From Geosiphon pyriformis uo1 (taxonomy: Eukaryota; Fungi; Glomeromycota): a DNA stretch of 64,000 nucleotides. Positions 24,421 through 38,062 of the stretch are shown here, in pieces. The position numbers and the translations under genes are program-made. The notes under the pieces were generated by a model. That model saw only the letters and a program-made list of their open reading frames with translations. It was not told where the DNA came from and made no database searches. The number at the start of each line of letters is the position of its first letter. The stretch's first letter is position 1. Location: NCBI GenBank assembly GCA_016748015.1, contig JAAOMT010000239.1:477038-541037 (forward strand). Direction: 5' to 3'.

Positions 24421-25451
24421 AAAAAATTATATTTTTAATAATATTGAAAACTGAAAACAAATTTGATTTTACAAAAGTAAATTTAATAAAATAACATTAT
24501 AATATAAAATTGTTTTACAATTTCAGTAATATTAAATAACAAAATGACTTTAAACCAATTAATAAGATATACAAAACTATTTATCAACAAAATAATGGTT
24601 TTAAACATATTGAAAACTTATAATATTGAATTCTTTGGGAAAAAAAGTTCATTAATCTAGTTTCAGAAGTGAAATAGTTAAGCTAGATATATTGCTTTAC
24701 TGCTTTTTATATATACTATAAATAAAAGCTTTCAAGAAAATATTCTTTTCGGTTTTAAAGAAAAGATATCAATGAAATTCAACAAATCCTATTTTATCAC
24801 ATTCTTTTAATTTTATTCATACCATGGAAAACGTTGAAATTAAAAGAACTCGTCCATATGCACATGATTGCAACAGTTCACTCTGTCAAGAGAATATTTA
24901 AGAAATATATAAACTGGCATAGAGGATGCTTTTGAAAAACTTTACCGCGACTTTTCAAGCGGCAATAAAGTAATTAAGAATCCAATGTATTCATATAAAT
25001 TTAATCAAGTATATCATTATGAATGGATTCCATGGTAAAATTTATAAAGCAACCTATATTTATGGATCACATAAGTATTATTAATTATCGGCATTAAAAT
25101 ATTATCCGAAATTGATGAAAGCTTTTTTTTAGTTAGTTTTATTTTATGCTTGATTTTAACAAACTATTTCATGTTAAGTGTATAAACAAAGTAAATTACC
25201 ATTTCTTGAAACAAATCAAACTTAATGTTTTAATATTTTCCAATGCGAGATAAGAATTAAGCAATGAACATCTACAAATCTATAAGAATTATGAATGATA
25301 ATTTACATTTTCATCAAAGTCTTAGTCACAAGTACTCCTGAATAAAAAATTAACAACAATGAAAGCTCTCTTAAATAAAAACAAACTTCCATTTAGAAAA
25401 TCAAACCAAAAAGTTTTAAATATGTCACCAGGGGTTTCTTCGAATCTTCAC

Positions 25452-28662
<3,211 letters not shown>

Positions 28663-30176
28663 ATGGATACTTATCCAACATTATTCGAACTTTTCAGTCG
28701 GTTTGCTGATATTCTTGCTTCGGCCAAAAATTACAGTGTCAGGGACTGGAGTTTATCATATTTAAAAAATGTAGTTGAGAGCGCCTCTAACATTGAGGCG
28801 ACTCTTTTGTGTGTGGAAGAGGAAGAAGCAAACACAGTTCATCAACAACTTATAGAAGCTTCGAAAAGAACACACTTTGGAGAGCCACCCTCGCTGGGCG
28901 ACTTCGTAGCAGCTAAACACTCGCTTTACGCCTTATTGTTGCATAATGCTCATTTACCACAAGAACTTTATAATTATTTATTGAATACATATGAATTTGA
29001 GAATCATTATCAAACTGACAAGAAAGCAAATGTTGTACAAGTAAGATATTTATTTTATATGTTTTTGTCAATTACAATAGAATAGTTAAGCTCACTTTTT
29101 CTAGGACGTGCAAACATGTGCGCGAAATTGTGCAACTACCGATCTCTTGTTGCTAATGAGCTCAACCTTACGTGAAGGATTAGGCATCATTGAGAGCTCA
29201 AACCAATCTCTAAAGCCTGGTATTTGGTAATGCTGGTTTTAACCGGATATTCCGGTCAGCTATATTTTTTAATATTTAGATATATTGAACAATCTTTCTG
29301 CAGAGCAGGCTGCCATCATTTCTGAGTTCTCTTTCAAACTAACAGCAACAACAATCGTGAACAGATCATTAGCTCGTTCTCTTTTAGAAAAAATATCATC
29401 ATTTTTTTATAATGGACACATCGTTGATTATACGAGAGAACAGTTGATGAAAGAAATTGCTTCCATCGCGATAAACACTTCTGAAGGAGCGGTATGATAT
29501 ACATAGATTTGCTTCATTTTGATAAACTTTGAAAATTTTCACACTCAGGAATATTTTTTTACTTGTTCGACAGGAGGTAATTGCACATACGGCTATATTG
29601 GTTACTGAGGTGATCTATGATAATCCTGGGTTAGCTGCTGTAATACAACAACTTCTTTTACGATGGATAACGTCGGAGGTCACTAAAAATCCTCCCAGGC
29701 AAGCTCACCAAGGTTCTATTGTGCCAAGTTCTAGTTTAAAAGAGAGAATTTGGTGTTCGCACCCATGGTTACTTGGACAAATTTCCTCTCTCGATTCCCA
29801 ATTTTTTGAGGTATATACAAAGATACTTATATACCATCTCCGTCAAGAAATGAACTATTCTCCCACAGATCAATCATGGCGAGAGATGATCAAGCCTCGA
29901 TTGTATTATCAAGAAATTAAAAATCAAGAAGGGTCTTCTCGTACTATTGAACAAAGTTCTCGGGTGAAGGGTTTGTATGATCAATGGATTGCATTGCAGC
30001 TTCAAAATCCAAGTATGAAGATCGTGACAATTAAATTATTAAAACCAGAATTCTTAAGGTACGAAAAGTCTCTCAAGGATAATAGTTTTCACGCATTGAA
30101 TGATGCAAATTACAAAGATTTTCACGAGGCTTGGAAAAAATTTTTTATCAACTTGGGGATAAATAATAAAATATAG
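28663..30176 (+). CDS. Fanconi anemia group F (FANCF)-like helical protein, about 4 exons
   Basis: N-terminus RFADILASAKNYSVRDWSLSYLKNVVESA resembles the recalled FANCF RFSELLAVSSTTYVSTWDPATVRRALQWA. Also LLLHNAHL (FANCF LLENRAL) and C-terminal VYTKIL..LRQEMNYSPTDQSW (FANCF VYLGLL..WGQRLHYDLQKGIW). GT-AG introns at about 29041-29104, 29220-29279 and 29492-29573. Confidence 0.65.
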
Positions 30177-30256
30177 ATAGTGAAAATTGGGTTTTTTACA
30201 CAAATTCAAATCTGGAAAATCTTTTGATTTTGAAGTAGGGAATCCATAAAATTGAG

Positions 30257-31941
30257 ATGTTGAAGCATAGGCTTATAGGGCTGTGCAGAGGACAGTTTAT
30301 TGCTTCTCACCTATCAAGCTCTCATAAATCTGGTGTGATAATAAAGAGAGGGTTAGTCTTTTCCAACAGTTTCATATTAAAGTCAATGACTACCTTAACC
30401 GGGCAAGTGGAACTAGAAAAATCGAGTAAAAACAAAAAAGCGGTTTCCAGCTCAGTCGACATACGTGATACTGGTCCTTCATCAGGGTTTGGTAGTCGGC
30501 TGTTAAAAAATGCCGAAGATGTCTTTAACCATAATGCGTGGTGAGTGGATGGATATTCTGTAGACATTTCAAAAACTACTTTGCCAATCCTTGCCGACGT
30601 TTTGTTCAAGGGATAACGTCATATGGAACGAAGAACAAGAGAAACAAGCACAAGAACAGGTAAAAAAACAGTTTACTAAAGTGTTATCTTCCGAAAATCA
30701 ACGTAAGAAATATAATCTTTGCTGAGGGGTTTCAGTCATCAAGGCTGCTTTTAGGTTGATTGAACAGCCGACTTATTTTATCTTATAATTTCTTAATAGA
30801 ACGATTTCACATCGAAGCGGCAGAATTTTGGAACACCTTCTATCAAAAAAACGAAAATAAATTCTTTAAAGATCGTCACTGGTTAAATGTGGAATTTCCT
30901 GAATTGCATGCAGCTACACTTTCCGAGGTGGTTACTTAACCCTTTATTCGGTATCTCTTATTTTTCAAGTTTGATTTTGATGATAGTTTACTGGTCCTCT
31001 TTCCTTTGATCTGAAAGGCGGGTCAAAAAAAGGTATTTGAAGTTGGATGTGGAGCTGGTAACACTTTGTTTCCTCTTTTGGCTATCAACCAAAATCTCGA
31101 ACTTTTCTTATATGCCTGCGATTTTTCGTCTACAGCCGTGGAAGTCGTGAAGGTAGCTAAGTTTATTACCTGAAACTAAATATATTTTCTACCTACTCGC
31201 TAAATCAATTTTGTAATTTAAAAAGGGGAATCCAGGATATAAGCCAAACCATAGCCACGCATTTGTATGGGATTTAACAAGTCCACAACTTCCACACTGT
31301 ATTGAACCTGGATCAATTGATATAATCGTTTTGATATTTGTTTTCTCTGCAATTCGCCCTGAAGAATGGAATCAGGCGGTGGAAAATATCTTCGAGGTAC
31401 AAAGATATGCCGTCGCTTCAATTCAATGTTTCGGTCTTGTTTTATAATGGTTTTCTGGCTCGCTCTATCCACATTTTAGATTCTAAAACCGGGGGGTCTG
31501 ATCCTCTTTAGAGGTAATCAGATTCTAAGTGTCTTTTATGAACCACGTTGCCCTAATATTCTCTTAAAAGCTCTAATTTCCTTCTGAATTCATATAAAGA
31601 TTATGGTCGATATGATATGGTCCAATTGAGGTTCAAGGAAGGACAAATGCTTGGAGAAAATTTTTACGTCCGTGGGGATGGAACACGAGTCTACTTTTTC
31701 ACAACGGGTAACTGAGCACTATTATAATGCACTAATAAGGAGATTTGTTTTTGAATCTAATATGCGAATTCGATCATATAAAATCGATGTAGATGAAATT
31801 GAATCGCTTTGGGGCTCTCGGTTTGAAATTGAACAGATCGCAGTAGACCGGCGTTTAATTGTGAATCGACATCGAAAGTTAAAAATGTATCGTAATTGGT
31901 TACAGGGTAAGTTTAGAAAACCAATCCTCGAGGGATCTTAA
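30257..31941 (+). CDS. TRM140: tRNA N3-methylcytidine (m3C32) methyltransferase, Trm140/METTL2 family (multi-exon)
   Basis: FGSRLL...VFNHNAWDNV; [23 protein letters not shown]; EVGCGAGNT; ACDFS; LKPGG..LFRDYGRYD; [14 protein letters not shown]; VDRRLIVNR. Confidence 0.93.
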
Positions 31942-32540
31942 TAGAATAATTTATTTAGAAAACATTACTGAGAATATTCCTGGGCAAATAAATTAGAACC
32001 GCGGATGCTTAATGTCATTTGAACTTTGCAATTTAAATAAAATATCATTTTTTGAGTTTATTCACGTCTTAGTAAATTTAACCATCCCCTTATAAACAAT
32101 GAAACTCCATGCTGTTTTTATTTAAATGAACCTTGCCTTTGATGTTTCTTCCCATAGCTTTCCTTGACAGCGATCAGACAGTGTGAATACTTTTAGAAAA
32201 TTTTTTCCACATGTGGAATGTTTTCGGCAAATATAAGCTATATCATCATTTCACTGCCGCGGGAAAGAAACAATTTCACTTTAATATCTTGAATAGTTTT
32301 TTCTCAATGTAATAGCCTCACAGAATTCCGATTCACTCTAAAATTATTAAATTCTAATTAAAAATTCCCACTTTCATTTAGAGAGTGTTTTTTATTTTGA
32401 TCGAGCATACTTTTTCTGAATTTTTTAGTTAAAGATACTAAAGAAATTATTAATCTTGATTGTACCTCAAGCAAAATGATGCATGGCGCTAGATTTTCTT
32501 TTCAGACTAAATGACCCATAGAAAGCCAACATCCAACAAG

Positions 32541-33370
32541 TTAGGCAACCAAAGCGCTAGCAGTTGACGATTCACTATGAAACAAGAAAAAAAGGAAAGG
32601 GTGGTAATGGAGAGAGGGGGATTGAATGAGTTAAAGGAGACGATTACCGAGTAAGAAGCGGAAGTAAAAAATGGATAGCATTATTGCCATCCGATTCATT
32701 TTCTTCACGCTTCCAATGCACTCCGCATAATGTCCAATATAATGAATCAATTATGTGAAATAAAGCAAAGAAATAGAAAATATTTGAAAAAAGGATACTA
32801 TTTCCAATTTGGAGCCAATTGTCCAGCAGTCTTGTAGTACCTCCCCAAACGGTGGATACGCGACTCAATCAAGATTAATCGGAACTTCGCGTCTTTATCT
32901 TTACGATTGCGTTCAAGATGCTTGCGCACAGCCACCGCTTTTTTAATGAGGTGGTAGAGATCTTCTGGAATCTCGGGTCCCAAGCCTATTTGAATTGAAC
33001 TGTTAATAATTTTTGACTCACTTCTTTTATCGGCGAAAAATTATAAAATAAGCAAACGGGAGACATTTCCCCCCTATTATATCTTTCTCATCGTTCAGAT
33101 AAAACGCAGTAATTTTGTGGTTCTACTATACTAACCGTTAGATTTCAAGATGCGTAGAATCTTGTTACCGGTCACATTCTTCACTTGCGCGATACCATGA
33201 CTATCCCTAAGGACTACACCAATCTGTGAGGGAGTCATACCCTTTTTTGCAAGTTTAAAGATTTGTTCGCAAACATCCTCAGGGGTAGTTTTTAACCAGG
33301 AAGGGGGAGTACGACGGTATGGTAAAGCAGAGCTGGCGATACCTTTACCAGGTGCGTGCATGCGACCCAT
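32541..33370 (-). CDS. RPS13: 40S ribosomal protein S13 (uS15); exons 33370-33136, 32985-32799, 32574-32541
   Basis: [18 protein letters not shown]...[15 protein letters not shown]. Confidence 0.98.
32575..32798 (-). other. Putative U12-type (minor spliceosome) GT-AG intron in RPS13
   Basis: 5' splice site GTATCCTTTT and branch-point-like TCCTTTAAC at 32638-32630. Confidence 0.7.
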
Positions 33371-33937
33371 TTTAAAGTCTTATTTATAGTGAAAGGGTTG
33401 ACTGGGTTTTTTTGGTCAAGAAACTCAAGGAAATTATTTTATGAAAAAAAATCGTCGATTCATTTATAAGAGCTGCACCCTGTGCACATATTAATATTCA
33501 AAAGTTTATCCCGTGAAGCAATAACCGATAATCATTCAGGGAAGCTCTTATTTTCTAGATTTCTAGCCAGATTTTTGAGAAACGAACCTTTATACCTGGG
33601 CTCAGGTCAATTGCCTAATCTATTTTTTTGACAATGGATCCCACTAAATTATTAAACTATCATTTTAGAAACCACTAGGGGTTTCAGTAATGTACTTTTT
33701 GTTAATTCAAAATGCCCTACGCTTCAGAAATCTCCCAAACATGATTAACTTACCTATGTTTAGCCAAAAGTTTTATTTCCGAGCTTTCACAATCTTTTTG
33801 ATGAACCCGCAAATCAATTTGATCTTCCCAACCATTTATTTTTGGGATGGGTAATTGAACAAGGGCCCACCAAAGAGCAAATAATTTCCCCGAATACCTT
33901 CGAGGTAGAAATTTGTGTCCGGTTTCATCACATCGAA

Positions 33938-35711
33938 TCAAAGATTAGGATTAATTTCCCCCAAATATATTTGCCGGTCGGTACTTCCGGATACAACTAT
34001 GAATTAAAAATTGGTTACCAGAGAAATTAGGGTTGTAAGTTTCACTATTGTTGCTTTTTGAAGAACAGCTTACTTATAGGTTCCTTTGGATGAAAATCTA
34101 CATCATTCACGCAACCCTTATGGCCAGGTAATTTGTATAAAATTCGCCGTGTTGTAACATCCCAAATTACCACCGTTCTGTCCCCACTTCCACACGCTAT
34201 CTGTGTTCCATCAGGAGACCAAGACGGTTTAATTAAATTTTTTTCGAAGCCATGTGGGGCACCTTGTTTACAAAATAATATGAGAATAAAGTAATTAATA
34301 CGGGTTTACAGAAAAGAGAGCTATAATTTTACTGACCCTCAAATATTTTTAATAAGCGATTGGCAGGTGCAAAAGGCTTGATATCCCAGATCCGAACTTT
34401 AAGAAAAGTTTTTGTTGTAAACAATTTTAAAATTGTAGATAATCTAAAAGAGAGAACATTCTTATTTCTCGTACCAGTGTTATCCATAGAATTTGACAAA
34501 AGGTAAGATCCATCTGGGCTTAAGCTCAAACCAGATATTGTGTCTATGTGTCCTTTGAGATTATAGGCAGCAATCTTTTTACGCAGATCCCAAGACTAAA
34601 GTGGAAGAAATAAAAAAGAGGATGAATTTATGCTAAACCTAGGAATATAAATTAGAATTGTAAAGAGCAATATTTAATCAAAGATTATAATTACTGTAAT
34701 CTCATTGTCAAGGCCACCGGCAAAAATTGAATCACCAGCTTCACTGAAACAAACAGCAGTCACTTGGTATTGTTGCCTGAAGGTTTCAACCGCGTCTTTT
34801 TGACGAAGGTCCCATACCTTTGGAAATTTTTTATATTCAGTCAAACAATCATGTCTATAGAAGCGAAACACTTTTTCTACCTTTATCATTCCATCGTCTC
34901 CACAACTAACGAGAATTTCATTTCCTCGCCGGGCAGCCGAAACGCTGTTGACAAAAGAAGTGTGCCCTTTAAATTTTTTTATGCGGGTACCTGTCACAAC
35001 GTCCCATATCCCGACAGATTTGTCTGTTGAACAAGAGAAAATTTTACTAAGAGAGTAAGATACCATGGTAAGAAAAGTATTTCAAATTTTATAATCTAAT
35101 AATGAAGGTAAACTTAAGGGTCAAACCTCGAATCTCTAGACCAATGTAGTTCCATTATGGGTCCATTATGGCCTTTCATGAGGCCGTAATTCAGGCAATC
35201 TCCATACGTGTTCCATAAAACTATTAGACGAAGGGGTAAATAGTTGTTCTAAAGTTTAGGTATTAGAATTATGTCAAGAAATACATACGAATGTTGCGAT
35301 CGAAAGATCCAGAGGCAATGTGTTGACCAGAAGAATCAAATTTGACGGTGAAGACTTCTCCCTAAATAGCAACATAAGAACGCGAGGAAAAAATCAAAGA
35401 AATGCCATGATTTATAATAGATACCAAAATAAACTTCAAACCTGATGGCCATTTAGGAGCATGATTGGAGATTGAAGCCCAGAGGTACGGGGTACCTAGA
35501 TCAGAACAATTTCTTTAATTGAAGGAAATTTGGAATATAAATTAAATCAAGAATTAAAACAAACTGTTTGGATCACGGCTGCTCCACGAGCGGTTTGAGA
35601 GGAGCTGGAAATCACAACTACATTGGAGTTTAACTCTGCTCTTTGGCGTTTAACAAGCGCAACGCTAGAAAGGGGTATCACTGGTGAATCCTTTCTCTTC
35701 TCAGACGACAT
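33938..35711 (-). CDS. SNRNP40: U5 snRNP 40-kDa WD40 protein (SNRNP40/Cwf17), multi-exon
   Basis: MSSEKRK...RTSGLQSPIMLLNGHQGEV; KFKGHTSFVNS; LSNSMDNT; HGFEKNLI; YKLPGHKGCVNDVDFHPKEPI; STDRQIYLGEI. Confidence 0.93.
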
Positions 35712-35906
35712 CGACCTCAAGCCTTAGTGTCAAGACGTGCAATATAGGTTATTGGAATATTACAAACTGTAAAAATTTTTGAAGAAATCAAACTATAGTT
35801 TCAAAACAGTAATGTCTTTTTAAAGGAATGAATAACCAAAACTAAAAATATTCGTTGATAGGCAAATTTATTTTAATTTACTATATGTTAAATAAAATCA
35901 CATACG

Positions 35907-35946
<40 letters not shown>

Positions 35947-36639
35947 TCAAGATTTTTAAAATCAAATATTTTATTGAAAATTTGCAAATAATAATATTTT
36001 TCATGGTTTAATTAATTTAATATTTATTATTAAATATATTAACATTAGTTAATAAAATATTTTATTTAAAAATAAATATTTATTTGATAAATTTTGAAAC
36101 AAATAAAATTTTTTATTGCAGTTAAAATAAATCTAGTCGAAGTAAAAAAAATTATTGTCACGCCCAATCAGCTGCTAATATAATTGCTGGTCAACTGAAA
36201 AAACAGATTCGTTCACGTTCGGTTCTCAAAACCTTAATGATAAATAAAACATTTTTACAAAATAAACATTTAACTTTTCAGATTTTAAACTTAATAATTA
36301 AATTTTTTTTATAAATTTTAAAATAGGTATATAATTTATTTTTTTACTGTTTTAAAAATTAAATAAACCTAATAATATTTTAATATATAGTATTAAAAGT
36401 TTTTAATAATAATACATATATTAATTAAATTAAATAAAAAAAATTTTGTATATAAAAACAAATTTATACATAAATTAAACAATTATTTTAAAAATAATTA
36501 TTTAAATAAAATAAGTTTATTATTAAAAAAAACTTGATTATAAAAATTTTATTTTTGTTTAATTTAGTTTTACTTAAAATTTTATTAAAAAAAACAGTTT
36601 TATAGATAAATATTTGCTTTTGTTATTTATTTTGTTTTA

Positions 36640-38050
36640 TTATTATTTGTCTAATTTTAATTTTTTTTTATTCAATTAATAAATGAAATCTAAATACAAC
36701 TTAATATTATATATTAACAAAAATAATTTAAACTAAATATAAATTATATATTATTTATATATAATTAGCTACTTAAGCCAATCAAAATAACATTACATTA
36801 AACCAAAAAAAGTTGGAAATAAATTCAATCCACTAATTTTTTCAATAATATTATTTAAATTTTTAGAATAAAATATAAATTTATTAAAAAACAACTTAAT
36901 AAGTTTAATATTACTTCTAATATTAAGACTTAACATAAATTATAAAACAATTATGTGTTTAATAGTGTTTTTACCCAAAAAAAAAACTTAAAAACCAGTA
37001 TTTTATTATAGTTTATATAATTAAAATTTATCTTAAACTTAAGAAATACAATATTTTTAAAAATACCAATTAGAAAATTAACAAAATTATTAACAGTACT
37101 CTTTATAAAAAGCAAATTTTTTTCTACTAAAAGAGTTTTGTCTGTATTATTATTCAAAAAATAATAATTAAAACAATTAAAAAGCCAATAAATTTAATAA
37201 TAAATTTTATCAAAACAATTAAGCTCAAGATTTAAGCTTTTAAAAAATTTAATTTAAACTTGATAACAGAGTTAACAATAAGAACAACCAAAGAAACAGC
37301 AGAAAAAAATCCAAAAAAACAAAAATCATAACATAAATTTTATTATTAACAAAAAATAACATTAAAAATCTAATATTAACAACAAATTTAAAAAACAACT
37401 TAAAAAAAAAAGATAAAAATACTTTGTAATTAATAGACAAATAATTTAAACTCTAATATTTATAATAGTAATAATATTCAAAAGTTTCTTACTAATATAT
37501 AATACTTGTATAAAATACTAATTTTAATAATAGTAAATCTAAAAACTTATAATAATCAAATATTATAACAATAAAGCATTAATAATAATAAAAAATAAAA
37601 AAATAAAAAATAAAACAAGTATAGTTATCAACTTAAAAAATCATATTACTGATTTTAAAAACAATACAACCAAAAAAAAATTTGACTAATTTGGTTTTAA
37701 AAAAGTTTTTTAAAATAATAATTTTTTTTTAATTAAAATAAAAATTTAAATATTGTTTTTTTTTATTAATACAAACTAATTATTAAGAGCAGCAGCAATA
37801 AAAAAAAGTTTTTAAAAGTAATAACAGCATATTATTACAAGTTAGCAAACTTCAACTTAATAGAAATAACAACATCAAAAACACTAAAAGTATTTTTAAT
37901 ATTACTAGTAGATATATAAAAAAAAATATTACAAAATACAATAAAAGTAAAAAAAAAATAACAAATTATTACAAAATATATTACAATTTTAAATATAATT
38001 AAAAAAAAAACTATTAATAAAAAATTTAATAGTTACAATTAAGAAAGTTT
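36640..38050 (-). mobile_element. Hyper-eroded ghost of the ORF1-only element, 3' part
   Basis: The reverse complement aligns by eye to 46375-47750 with mostly C>T/G>A changes (e.g. AAACCAAATTAGTCAA vs GGCCAAATTGGTCAA). An eroded 3' tail lies at about 36640-36797. Confidence 0.8.
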
Positions 38051-38062
38051 TAAAAATAAAAT

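Noticed and set aside
32986-33135. Intronic snoRNA in RPS13 introns
   Set aside because: No convincing terminal C/D box pair or H/ACA layout by eye; an Rfam scan would be needed to exclude it.
35909-35943. (AAT)n tract as a telomere or functional repeat
   Set aside because: It is a short internal microsatellite, similar to the LINE tails.
36951-37440. AT-rich ORFs (also 45172-45468 and 47934-48128) as genes or organellar inserts
   Set aside because: They are F/I/K/N/L-biased by-products of eroded retroelement sequence with no recognisable mitochondrial gene motifs.
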